Assembly: GCA_965237675.1 (NCBI GenBank)
Contig: OZ250150.1
Location: 1,408,001 to 1,472,000 of the forward strand
Reading direction: 5' to 3'
From: Candidatus Latescibacterota bacterium
Lineage (GTDB): Bacteria > Latescibacterota > UBA2968 > GCA-2709665
Length of the DNA: 64,000 nt
In this document: piece by piece, positions 8,033 through 17,241 of the stretch
Position numbering within the stretch: the first letter of the stretch is position 1
How the letters are laid out: each line of letters begins with the position of its first letter
Translations under genes and position numbers: made by a program
Notes under the pieces: model-generated
What the model saw: the letters and a program-made list of their open reading frames with translations, nothing else
Database searches by the model: none
Told to the model about the DNA's origin: nothing

Positions 8033-9782
8033 GTTCCTGATTTTGCGATCTGGCACCTGCTTGCCGAAGCATCTCGGCGATTTCCATATGCCCACGTTTT
8101 TCAGCCCAGGCTAAAGGCGTTGCCCATTTCGGTGTGTTGGAAATATTCGCGGAAGCCCCACGTTCAAGCAAAAAAGCAACCACATCTTTGTGGCCCGCGC
8201 GGACATGCCAGCCCAGTGGCGTCGAACACAGTTCGTCATCTTGAACATTCAAATCAGCCATATAATCGAGCAACAATTCTGCCATCTCAATCATCACGGC
8301 TTCACTATTGTTCCATACTTCCTCACGTTCATGATAGCTTCCCCCGATCCAATGCAATAAGGTTGAGTTTTCCGGCCCCCGGATGTTAACATCAACACCA
8401 TAATCCAAAATCATCCGTACGGTTTCTCCGGCGCCGCTTTGCAGCCCCCAGCGTAAACACTCAAACCAATAATCCGCATCAAAATCGGGTTCACAGCGCA
8501 AGCACATTCTTACGACATTGACATCTTCAAAGCTCAATCCCGAACGCATGGTTTGTCGAACCACGCCTTCACTACGATCCTGTGGCAAATAGCCGGCTTC
8601 CCGAACAGCCGTGGCACGATCCAGTAACTCACCTATCACGCAATATTGTCTTGCCTTCACGTATGTCCACATCATCGGGTGCCCACCATTTACATAGATG
8701 CGATCCGCCAAACCCTGGTTGCCAGACAGCAACGCCTCGTCAGCTACGCCCAATTCCGAATCATTCGCGGGTGCATCCGTGCGCGCACCGCGATCCATTA
8801 ACCGTTCGGCCACATCAAAGTGTTTGCGTTCCAGTGCATAAATCAATGCACCGCAAATATGGACCACCTTACCACTGCGTTCACATTTTGTATCCACGTC
8901 GGCTCCAAAATCCAAGAGCAAATCTACGACCTCCAAATGCCCCTCGCGCGCCGCCATCGCCAGGGGATAGGTCGATGCATTTTTGTTATTCGCACGCCCG
9001 CACTGATAATTCACCAGACTGGCGTCCGCTTCCAGCATCTTCTTGACACCTTCCAGATCACCAAGAGCACTGGCTACCCAGATGTCGTAATTTGCCCCAT
9101 GTTCAAGCAACAATTCAGCCATCTTTCGATACGCCGGCTTATCACGGTTGGGGTCGTTGCCTTTAAATAGAGCGCGGTGGATGGGTAATTCATTTTCGGC
9201 GTTCTTGATATTCACATCAGCGCCAGCGGTGAGCAAGTCGGTCACAAGTTTAAACTGCATATGCCACACCGCATAATGAAGGGCTGTATTGCCGGCTGTA
9301 TCGCATTCGTTTATGATTGCCGGTTCCTTTTCCAATATGAAGCGCACTTTCTCAAGCTCCTGCATCCGGGCCGCATCACAGAATTCCACCCCACGAGATG
9401 TTGTCCCATGTTGTGTGTTCAACCACGCGTCAATTAAAGCGACGACCTCCGTATGCCCTCGGTCCCGTGCCAATGTCAACGGTTGCGACGCCTCCCGGTT
9501 AGGCCAAATCCCAACGGTCGGACCGGCGCCCGCTTCGAGCAGTATCTTCACTACCTCTGCATGACCTTCCCGAGCGGCATAGTGAATGGGGCGTCGTCTG
9601 TGTTGCTGATGGTTTTTGGCAGTTGCCAAATCCGGATTCTTCTTCAACAGCATCTTTACCCTTTCCACGTCTCCCGCTTGCGCAGCGTGGCATATTCTGA
9701 TAGCATCTGCAAACACATCGTCTCTTGAAGGGGCTTCATTTCTAAAAGTCTTCTTTGCCATTATTGGAAACCGTTCATTCAA
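8019..9782 (-). CDS. Ankyrin-repeat protein
   Basis: Multiple PIHYAAREGH, TALHYA, PLAMAAREGH and TPLAWA repeats; lower GC than the catabolic cluster; start may be 9761. Confidence 0.92.
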   Translation of the reverse strand: MNERFPIMAKKTFRNEAPSRDDVFADAIRICHAAQAGDVERVKMLLKKNPDLATAKNHQQHRRRPIHYAAREGHAEVVKILLEAGAGPTVGIWPNREASQPLTLARDRGHTEVVALIDAWLNTQHGTTSRGVEFCDAARMQELEKVRFILEKEPAIINECDTAGNTALHYAVWHMQFKLVTDLLTAGADVNIKNAENELPIHRALFKGNDPNRDKPAYRKMAELLLEHGANYDIWVASALGDLEGVKKMLEADASLVNYQCGRANNKNASTYPLAMAAREGHLEVVDLLLDFGADVDTKCERSGKVVHICGALIYALERKHFDVAERLMDRGARTDAPANDSELGVADEALLSGNQGLADRIYVNGGHPMMWTYVKARQYCVIGELLDRATAVREAGYLPQDRSEGVVRQTMRSGLSFEDVNVVRMCLRCEPDFDADYWFECLRWGLQSGAGETVRMILDYGVDVNIRGPENSTLLHWIGGSYHEREEVWNNSEAVMIEMAELLLDYMADLNVQDDELCSTPLGWHVRAGHKDVVAFLLERGASANISNTPKWATPLAWAEKRGHMEIAEMLRQAGARSQNQERLSA

Positions 9783-10002
9783 ATGTCGGCGTGCTGAACG
9801 ACGCAGGCCGTATTGGCAAACCCAATCCGAAATCTCAACCTCGCAAACCTCTTACTACCAAAATTACGCCGATCGTCTCACATTGAAATAGGCAAGACAA
9901 AAGAGCCATGCAGATACTTTTCGAAAGGTCAATTGGAAGAGAAGAGGAGGGTGGGAAAAGGGATTTGGTTTGGGAGTTTCTTTAGGGGATGGCGGAAATT
10001 GC

Positions 10003-10072
10003 GTGTAACTACGGTATTACCGACAGGTTACGGTAAAACGCATCAGGTCCGAACATCTCCCAACGTTTGGAA
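10003..10072 (-). repeat. attI-like motif, copy 3
   Basis: TAACTACGGTATTACCGACAGGTTACGGTAA; similarity to copy 1 extends ~65 bp. Confidence 0.5.
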
Positions 10073-10253
10073 TGGTCAGAATGCGCACCCCTTCTGTCAT
10101 AATAATGTGCTTACCCTGGCGTGCAATGTGAAAACCGGCTTTCTCCAATGCACGTACGGAATCCAAACCTGCCATATCGGACACCTCGTCTAGTTTTTCG
10201 GAGAGCGTCGCGCTAACAAATAACCACGGCAGTTCTCGGAAAACCGCTCGCCA

Positions 10254-10440
10254 GTGTTCTGTCCCGGAAATTGGTTGCCAAAATTCGGCCGATCAGAAGC
10301 AGCAATAACAGCTATCAGCTCTCAGCCGTCAGCTTGAACCAAAAACCCAATCAGTTGACATCAGCGCCGTGAAGAGACGAGACCAGAACGGGCGCCGCGA
10401 GACGGGATGAATCGGCGGCCGAATGGTGAGATATTTTCGG
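10254..10440. mobile_element. MITE (family A), damaged copy with an internal heptamer-repeat segment
   Basis: AGTGTTCTGTCCCGGAAAT and GCCGCGAGACGGGATGAATCGGCGG shared with 28303-28471; CAGCTAT-CAGCTCT-CAGCCGT at 10310-10334. Confidence 0.65.
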
Positions 10441-11286
10441 CTAATTGGCCACGAAGTGCCGGTAGAGCGGTTTCACTTCCTCCGGAAGCCCCTCGTACAC
10501 GTCGCGGCGCAGGGGCTCCATCTCGTAGTTCTTCCCGCCGGTCTCCACCACCATCATTTCGTGCTCCGGCGTGCCTACGTGCGTCGGATTCAGGTTCAGC
10601 CACCAGGGAGCGTAGCGCACGATCAGGGCCACCCGGGGGCTGCCGCTCCGGTTGGGGGCAACCGCGTGCCACTGCCGGCTGTCGTAGAGCAGCACCGAAC
10701 CCGCCCTGCCCTCGGTGTTGATCTCGGCCGGCTGGGGTGCCTCGTTGTCGAAGCCGGGGAGGTCTCCCGTCGCCGGATTGTGGTCCTTCCGGTGCGTGCC
10801 CGGCAACAGCAGCGTCCCTCCGTTGGAGGCGGAGAAATCGGTCAGCATCCACAGCGACGACGCGTGCATCATCACGTCCGGGTAGGGGGCGGCGACATTG
10901 GAGGCGTTCGTCTGGTTGAACGGCCAGTCCGCGTGCCAGTAGCCGCGCTCGTTCCCCGGGTGGTTCACCACGGCGTCGGTGCAGGAGATCCGCAGCCAGG
11001 GACCGAAGAAGATCTCGAGGGCCCCGACGATCCGCCGGTCGGCCAGGTACGGCGCGAACGACTGGTCGTGGTTGACCGCCTGCTTGAGCACGCGGACGCC
11101 GCGGGCTCCGACGCGGTGGCCCCTGGCTCGAGTCGCCCTTTCCCTGGCCTGGTTGGCGGCGTCGTTGGCGGCGTGCGCCCGCACGACGCGCTCGCGGATC
11201 CTGCCCACTTCCCCTGAGGGGATGACGTCCTCGACGATGCAGTAGCCGTTTTCCCTGATATGGTGCGCTATTTCAGCTGGTTCCAT
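10441..11286 (-). CDS. Phytanoyl-CoA dioxygenase (PhyH) family
   Basis: WHADW, NGGTLLLPGTH and WHAVAPN Fe(II)/2OG motifs. Confidence 0.9.
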   Translation of the reverse strand: MEPAEIAHHIRENGYCIVEDVIPSGEVGRIRERVVRAHAANDAANQARERATRARGHRVGARGVRVLKQAVNHDQSFAPYLADRRIVGALEIFFGPWLRISCTDAVVNHPGNERGYWHADWPFNQTNASNVAAPYPDVMMHASSLWMLTDFSASNGGTLLLPGTHRKDHNPATGDLPGFDNEAPQPAEINTEGRAGSVLLYDSRQWHAVAPNRSGSPRVALIVRYAPWWLNLNPTHVGTPEHEMMVVETGGKNYEMEPLRRDVYEGLPEEVKPLYRHFVAN

Positions 11287-11433
11287 GTCGTTGTCCTTTG
11301 CCCAGGTGCCGGTTCGGTTGTCCGGACCGGAAGGAATGGCAGGGAGCATTTCCCTGGCAAGGTGGATGGTCCAGGGTGACCGTCATCGGTACTTCCCGGA
11401 TCGCCTTGGTCCACCTGCATATGTACTAATGTA

Positions 11434-12504
11434 CTAACCGTAGACCGCCTGTATCATGGCATTGATGTAGCCGAAGCAGTACGCGTAGGACTGATAGGAG
11501 CGCATCGGATCGTCGTCAGTCCACGGAACGTGGTCCGGATCGATGCCGTAACAGTAGCCCGTGTCCTTCAGGGCCCTTAATACCCGGTGGAAGTCCATAT
11601 CTCCTTCATCGGGCAGCGCCTCGCGGAAGCTGTAGCGCCCCCCAAGGAGGTTACGATAGTGAACCAGGAAGATCGTGTTACGGCTGCCAAAGTATTCGAT
11701 GGTGGGGTAGATTTCAGTGGCCGGATCTTCCAGCCCTTCAGCGATGGAGCCGACGCAGAAGTTCCAACCGTGATACGGACTGCGCTGAATCTCGATGAAA
11801 CGCTTCATGCCCTCAAAGTCGTTGAGGACTTTGTCAACGCCCATATAACCGGGGGGTGTGGCAGGGTCTTCCTGGGAATTGCCCATCCGAACCTTGAATT
11901 CTTCTGCCACCGGAATCATGCGTTCGAGCAGATAATCAATTCGTTCCCAGTGCATGTCGGCCGTGACGCGTCCGGCATCAGTCAGCCTGGCCTGTTCTTC
12001 TGCCGGGATCTTGTCCAGGCGGAACGCGGTGTGGTAGAAGCCGCCGCGACCTTCCTCCGGTTCCGTACGGTCGATGGGAAGGACGCAAGTGTTATAGCGC
12101 AGAGAATCGATGCCGGCGCGCGCAGCGGTCCGGATCATTTCGCATACGAGGTCGATTTCCCGGTCGCGCTCCGGGCTTTTGCCGAAATAGATGATGTTGG
12201 GAAATCTCTCGTATATGGGCAGCGAGCTCATATCCAGTGTTATCCCGAAGGCCTCGTGGCGCTCTCGTACCTGGACCAGTTCCTCATGGTCCCAGCCCCT
12301 TCCGGGGTGGAACGGAAAGACAACGGCCTTGTGACGCACGCCGCAGCGCTGCAGAAAACGCAACTCCGCATCGGTTGACCCGAAACTCTGTGTGCGCACG
12401 TACATACGCCCGCCGTTCGACGATGACTGTGATGCGCCTCCGGTGGCGGAAGCGGCCGCCTCACCGGCTGCGAGGCCTTTTTCAAATGGATCGGATTTCG
12501 TCAT
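11434..12504 (-). CDS. Mannonate dehydratase (UxuA)-like protein
   Basis: WERIDYLLERMIPVAEEFKVRM, NFCVGS, IFLVHYRN, DEGDMD and PDHVP motifs. Confidence 0.8.
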   Translation of the reverse strand: MTKSDPFEKGLAAGEAAASATGGASQSSSNGGRMYVRTQSFGSTDAELRFLQRCGVRHKAVVFPFHPGRGWDHEELVQVRERHEAFGITLDMSSLPIYERFPNIIYFGKSPERDREIDLVCEMIRTAARAGIDSLRYNTCVLPIDRTEPEEGRGGFYHTAFRLDKIPAEEQARLTDAGRVTADMHWERIDYLLERMIPVAEEFKVRMGNSQEDPATPPGYMGVDKVLNDFEGMKRFIEIQRSPYHGWNFCVGSIAEGLEDPATEIYPTIEYFGSRNTIFLVHYRNLLGGRYSFREALPDEGDMDFHRVLRALKDTGYCYGIDPDHVPWTDDDPMRSYQSYAYCFGYINAMIQAVYG

Positions 12505-12603
12505 TTGGTTCCTTTCGTTGGTACGGCGCCGATGAAGGAATACAGAAAAAAAAGCCCGGAAGCTGGATGAGCCGCCTCCGAAACCCTTTCGTTACACTGG
12601 ACG

Positions 12604-12843
12604 TCATTGCCGAGATGGATCAGCTGGAAAAACATCATCAAATGCAATCGTTTCGCTCTCAGCAGTCTCTCTTCTTGCTGCTTCGGCCAGACGGTCCCAC
12701 TGCTCATCGGCTGTGGCATTAAAACGTGCTGTCCAAATATGCTCATCTTTCAGGTCGGCCAGAATACGTGTGGCAATGGCATCCTGCTTGTCTGGCGGCA
12801 GCTTCTGAATTTCTGAAAATGCCTGCTGAAGCAAGTCGGTCAT
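12604..12843 (-). CDS. Small putative antitoxin followed by a truncated toxin start
   Basis: MTDLLQQAFSEIQKLPPDKQDAIA; an overlapping ATG gives MTSSVTKGFRRRL and then loses toxin-like character. Confidence 0.6.
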   Translation of the reverse strand: MTDLLQQAFSEIQKLPPDKQDAIATRILADLKDEHIWTARFNATADEQWDRLAEAARRETAESETIAFDDVFPADPSRQ

Positions 12844-12994
12844 TTCTGCAGCTCCTTGTGTGAGTGCGCAGTTTTCTGAAAATATAACTCCAAATGGCGA
12901 TATTGGTTGGATTGACTTCTGCTCATTCGCTCTTTCGATTGCTCACTTATTTACGGGGGACCGCTGTCTCATTAATATAGGCACAGAGGGTCCC

Positions 12995-13339
12995 TCATTT
13001 CAGTGCATCCGTCTCCAAGACATCGGCGAGTGTTTCAGTCGCCCACTGATTGATACTCTTTCCGCTGACTTCAGCCGCCATGGCAATGGCTGCGTGGACC
13101 TCTGGTGGGATGCGCAACATCAGATTGCCGGAATAGGGCTTTTGAGGGGACCTGTTGAGCTTTTCACAGGTTTCAAGATAGTCGTCAACCGATTCTCCAA
13201 AAGCATCACGCAGTTCTTCGACCGATTCGCCGTGAAAGCCTACCACATCATTGATCCCTGCAATATGACCAATGAAGCAGCCGTCTTCATGGCTATAGTC
13301 AATTCGAGCCGCGTATCCTCTATGGGTCATTGTGTTCAT
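12995..13339 (-). CDS. hicB: HicB-family antitoxin with C-terminal RHH; HicA reduced to a few codons
   Basis: GYAARIDYS, VVGFHGESVEEL, PYSGNLMLRIPPEVH and GKSINQW motifs; upstream QQAGVAP* remnant. Confidence 0.88.
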   Translation of the reverse strand: MNTMTHRGYAARIDYSHEDGCFIGHIAGINDVVGFHGESVEELRDAFGESVDDYLETCEKLNRSPQKPYSGNLMLRIPPEVHAAIAMAAEVSGKSINQWATETLADVLETDALK

Positions 13340-13566
13340 GGGGCTACTCCTGCCTGTTGTCTGCAGATCGCTCTCGCTGTCTTGCCCATTGTGTCTCTGC
13401 GTCTTTGTGTGAGCCGGCTTTTTCGTGACGACGCGAGGCCCGGGGGTCTCCCCTGCGAAATCCAGGCATCCGCGAATTGATATCGCAAGGCCATATCGAT
13501 GTCCGGCGGGGTGCGGCGTGGTCCTCTTCCCTCTCCCGTTTACCTTCTCACTGCTTCTTGTGCTAC

Positions 13567-13797
13567 CCCTACGCGCCTTTTTCGTGTCGGCCGAGAAGGT
13601 GCTGGGCGATGAATCGCTGGCTGTAGACGACGGGACCCACGTATCGGACCTGGACGGAGTTGTTCCGCGACCCGCAATGCCAGATCTGGTTGTGGAACAT
13701 GTAGACGTCGCCCGGTTTCGCGACCAGGGATACCGGCTGCCGGCCTTCAAAGGTCGGAATCTTGCGGTCGTTCGGGTTTCTGCCGGCGTAGTGGCAA
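13567..13797 (-). pseudogene. PhyH 3' fragment, paralog of 15095-15919, internally deleted
   Basis: Strong nucleotide similarity to ~15100-15395 with ~69 bp missing. Confidence 0.8.
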
Positions 13798-13822
13798 CTG
13801 AGTGTTATGGTAAGCTGGACTA

Positions 13823-13996
13823 TCAGCCCGTGCTCGTGTCTATTGATGGTTCCTTATGATCATCCGGTTTTTGTCCCGATCTTTCTTCAATATACTCAAT
13901 TTGTTGTTGAGGAGTCATCCCTTGCATCTCTTCGCTCATTTGATCACGAAGAGTCCGCATGAGTTGAACCGCATTAGTCTGCTGTTTCGTCTTCAT
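13823..13996 (-). CDS. Putative antitoxin, 57 aa
   Basis: MKTKQQTNAVQLMRTLRDQMSEEMQGMT...; GGAGG RBS; follows a PIN remnant. Confidence 0.55.
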   Translation of the reverse strand: MKTKQQTNAVQLMRTLRDQMSEEMQGMTPQQQIEYIEERSGQKPDDHKEPSIDTSTG

Positions 13997-14147
13997 AATA
14001 CACCTCCTGAGGAGAGCGAATCTCCAAGGGGTGGGTGTCTTAAAAGGGCTTGCACGGCATCCGGGGCCTGGCGCAGTTCAGCAAGGGTAACGTCCGATAG
14101 TACGGCTGTCAATCGACCCGCTTGAAAGTCGGCAAAAAGACGTCCAG
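13990..14147 (-). pseudogene. PIN toxin remnant
   Basis: SGRLFADFQAGRLTAVLSDVTLAELRQAPDAVQALL joined out of frame to PLEIRSPQEV. Confidence 0.55.
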
Positions 14148-14205
14148 AATGTGGTCGCAGCCCCGAAAGGCGCGAAGCGCCTGGAGCACAAACATGCTGT
14201 TAAGC
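14143..14205 (-). mobile_element. attC-like site (R' degenerate)
   Basis: Minus strand GCTTAAC...ATTCTGG with hairpin AGGCGC-GAA-GCGCCT. Confidence 0.5.
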
Positions 14206-14334
14206 GAAGTCACAGTCTTGGGCGGTTGAGCTGCTTTTCATATTCGACTTGAACTATTCGGCAAATTACTGTAGTTTTTTTCAATCAATGAATAATTCTG
14301 ACAGTGGCTGGTGTTTGCCATAGGAGATTTATGG

Positions 14335-14619
14335 ATGCTTAAAATCTCGTCTGCAAAAGCATTACCTGATTATAAGATTTGGATTCAATACTCAGATGGC
14401 GTTGAGGGTGAAGTAGATTTATCCCATCTTGTTGGCAATGGTGTATTCTCCGCTTGGAAAGATGCAAATGTGTTTCAGGCTTTCCGGGTTGAAAACGGCA
14501 GATCTATTACTTGGACAGACGAAATCGATCTGTGTGCAGATTCGCTCTATTTGGAGATGACAGGAAAAGCTCCCGAGGATATTTTCCCTGCGTTGAGGAT
14601 GGAAGATGTGAATGCCTGA
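14335..14619 (+). CDS. DUF2442-family protein
   Basis: YKIWIQYSDGVEGEVDLS and ITWTDEIDLCADSLY motifs. Confidence 0.85.
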   Translation: MLKISSAKALPDYKIWIQYSDGVEGEVDLSHLVGNGVFSAWKDANVFQAFRVENGRSITWTDEIDLCADSLYLEMTGKAPEDIFPALRMEDVNA

Positions 14620-14872
14620 GATATGTCGGTTTTATGGAATTATTATCAAGATGTACGTGAATGATCATCCACCCCCGCATTTCCATGCGGAATACGCAGA
14701 ATATGCGGCTGTGATCAATATTGGGACATTGGCCGTCATCGCAGGAAATCTCCCTTCACGGGCGCTGGGTTTGACAGTCGAATGGGCATCGTTACACCAA
14801 GACGAAATGAGAAATCTATGGGAGCGAGCACGAAATCATGAATCCTTGGGCAAATTAGATCCTCTGCAATAG
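14612..14872 (+). CDS. DUF4160-family protein
   Basis: MPEICRFYGIIIKMY and DHPPPHFHAEY motifs. Confidence 0.9.
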   Translation: MPEICRFYGIIIKMYVNDHPPPHFHAEYAEYAAVINIGTLAVIAGNLPSRALGLTVEWASLHQDEMRNLWERARNHESLGKLDPLQ

Positions 14873-14966
14873 AGATCCGATCATAACCCGGTACTTCTAC
14901 CGCAATGACCAAAGCTAAAGCTTCCGGTTGTTGCGGTTTTTGTCTGGGGGGGTAGACTGTGATTTT

Positions 14967-15032
14967 GCTTAACTACGGTATTAACGAACAGGTACGGCAA
15001 TACGGACCGGAACGGAAATTCCCGATCAGTCG
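14967..15032 (-). repeat. attI-like motif, copy 4
   Basis: TAACTACGGTATTAACGAACAGGTACGGCAA abutting the DUF2442/DUF4160 cassette end. Confidence 0.5.
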
Positions 15033-15094
15033 GCATGTTGAATTACGCCGACCAGTGAAAGCGTTGGCAGGAGCCCGGGCGACTCAAAGTGCGC

Positions 15095-15919
15095 TTAACC
15101 GTACGCGCCCTTTTCGTGTCGGCCCAGGAGGCGCTGAAGGCGGGGTCTGGCGTCTTCCCAGACGTGGTCGGGCATGCGGTAGTCGATGAACGGATAGAGG
15201 CGCTGGGCGATCATCCGCTGGCTGTAGACAATGGAACCCACGTACCGGACCTGGTCGGAGTTGTTTCGGGACCCGCGGTGCCAGACCTGGTTGTGGAACA
15301 TGTAGACATCGCCCGGTTTCGCGACAAGGGACACCGGCTCTCGGCCTTCGAAGGTCGGATTTTCGCGGTCGTTCGGGTTTCTGCCGGCGAAGTGGCTGCC
15401 CGGAATGACCTGGGTGACGCCGTATTCGATGGAATCGGCCCTGCTGAGCGGGATCATCACGTTGATCACGAAACAGGGGATGGGGATATCCGGATTGTGG
15501 CGCGGGACGCCATCGGGAAGCGGGAACTGGATCTTATCGTCCAGGTGCCACCCGCCGCCCTGGCCGGGTTCGTAACGCAGGGCGTTCTGAGACATCATGT
15601 GGCAATCTTCGCCCAGGATGGCCTCCGCCAGGCTGACGATGGGCTCGCGTTCGATAAGGTCCCGGTAGTTGCGGTCATACTCGTACATGCGCATCATGCT
15701 GATTCCGCGGATGTGATCGCCCGCTTCGTCCGCCTGAATCCGGGGGTCGTTCCACTTGCGTTCCATGCCGTCCCTGAGCGCGTCCACTTCCTCGGGGGTG
15801 AGCACGTTTTCCAGGAAACAATAGCCGTCCCGGTTGAACTGTTCCACGATCTTCCGGGTGGTTTCTTCGTCGAGGGCCTGCGCGTTTTTTTCGATAACGC
15901 TGCTGTCTCGGGTATGCAT
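15095..15919 (-). CDS. PhyH-family dioxygenase
   Basis: FNRDGYC, WHLDD, TQVIPGSH and VWHRG motifs. Confidence 0.9.
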   Translation of the reverse strand: MHTRDSSVIEKNAQALDEETTRKIVEQFNRDGYCFLENVLTPEEVDALRDGMERKWNDPRIQADEAGDHIRGISMMRMYEYDRNYRDLIEREPIVSLAEAILGEDCHMMSQNALRYEPGQGGGWHLDDKIQFPLPDGVPRHNPDIPIPCFVINVMIPLSRADSIEYGVTQVIPGSHFAGRNPNDRENPTFEGREPVSLVAKPGDVYMFHNQVWHRGSRNNSDQVRYVGSIVYSQRMIAQRLYPFIDYRMPDHVWEDARPRLQRLLGRHEKGAYG

Positions 15920-16141
15920 CGGGATCTCCTCAATTGTGTGGTCTGGCAAAAAATATAGGGATCTGCCGGTGAGGAGACAATTGATTTGAAGGGAGGCGCA
16001 CAACGCCATTTTTCTTTGACTTCCGGGGGAAACTGTGCCATCATGCCATCGTTGCCGCCCGTCGCGGGGTCGGAGTGCTGAATGAACGGCATTCGCCGTA
16101 GATCCGCGACGCTTGCGTCCACATTCTATATGGAGGAATCC

Positions 16142-17191
16142 ATGGCTGTAACTATCCAGGATTTACAGGCCGCTATCGAACGGTTTCCACGTACGGCCCT
16201 GGCGGAACTCCCCACGCCGCTCCACGATTGTCCGCGTTTCTCGGAAGCGTTGGGAGGTCAGGTGCGGGTGATGGTGAAGCGAGATGATTTGACAGGTCTG
16301 GCATTCGGAGGGAACAAGACCCGAAAGTTCGATCTCGCCCTGGGAGACGCGCTGGCGCAGGGGGCTACGGCCGTGGTGACGGGCGCGGCCTCCCAGTCGA
16401 ACCACGCGCGGCAGGCGGCTGCTGGGGCCGCGAAGCTGGGGATGAAGTGCGTGCTGGTGAACCGGCACGATCATCGAAGCCTGATGGGCATCCAGGGAAA
16501 CCAACTCCTTGACAATATTCTTGGCGCGGACGTCAGGCTGGTCGCCGATGGCGTAAACCAGGAAGAGGTGAAGAACAGGGTATTGGAAGAATTGCGGGCG
16601 CAGGGGGAGAAGCCCTATCTCATCGGGCGGCGGGCGGTGGTGCTGGGTACGGTGGCGTACGTCGGCTGCGTGCTGGAGATTGCCGCGCAACTCGAGGCCA
16701 TGGACGCACGGACGGATTTCATCTGTACGGCGTCCGGGCATGGAACGCACGCGGGGCTGGCATTGGGCGTGAAGGCGCTGGGACTGCCGGTTCGAGCGCA
16801 GGGATTTTCGCCGAGCAGGGGAGATGACGCGCGGCGGAAGGAGCAACTTGCGGAAGTCGCCAACGAAGCGGCGGCGCTCATGGAACTGGATGTTCGAATG
16901 ACGGCTGGTGAAATGGAGAATACGGATGCCTACGTGGGCGAAAACTACGGAATTGTGACCGAAGCCGGCCTCGACGCGTTGCACCTTCTGGCGCGGACGG
17001 AGGGGATTCTGCTGGATCCCGTATATACGGGCAAGGCCATGTCCGGGGTCATCGACCGGATTCGGTCGGGGGAGATTCCGGAGGGATCCACAGCGGTGTA
17101 TGTGCATACCGGAGGAAACCCGGCGCTGTTCGCCTATGCACCCGAACTCATTGCCCACGGCGATTATCGCCAGAACATCGTAAGTCGGTAA
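16142..17191 (+). CDS. PLP-dependent D-cysteine desulfhydrase / ACC deaminase family
   Basis: KRDDLTGLAFGGNKTRK, QSNHARQ, LDPVYTGKA and HTGG motifs. Confidence 0.92.
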   Translation: MAVTIQDLQAAIERFPRTALAELPTPLHDCPRFSEALGGQVRVMVKRDDLTGLAFGGNKTRKFDLALGDALAQGATAVVTGAASQSNHARQAAAGAAKLGMKCVLVNRHDHRSLMGIQGNQLLDNILGADVRLVADGVNQEEVKNRVLEELRAQGEKPYLIGRRAVVLGTVAYVGCVLEIAAQLEAMDARTDFICTASGHGTHAGLALGVKALGLPVRAQGFSPSRGDDARRKEQLAEVANEAAALMELDVRMTAGEMENTDAYVGENYGIVTEAGLDALHLLARTEGILLDPVYTGKAMSGVIDRIRSGEIPEGSTAVYVHTGGNPALFAYAPELIAHGDYRQNIVSR

Positions 17192-17241
17192 GACGCCTGT
17201 CAGATGGCAGGCGGCGGCCTCTCGCCTTAAGGAGGATTGAG

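Noticed and set aside
12995-13750. 251-aa extended HicB
   Set aside because: The extension is off-frame PhyH remnant and repeat DNA; HicB starts at 13339.
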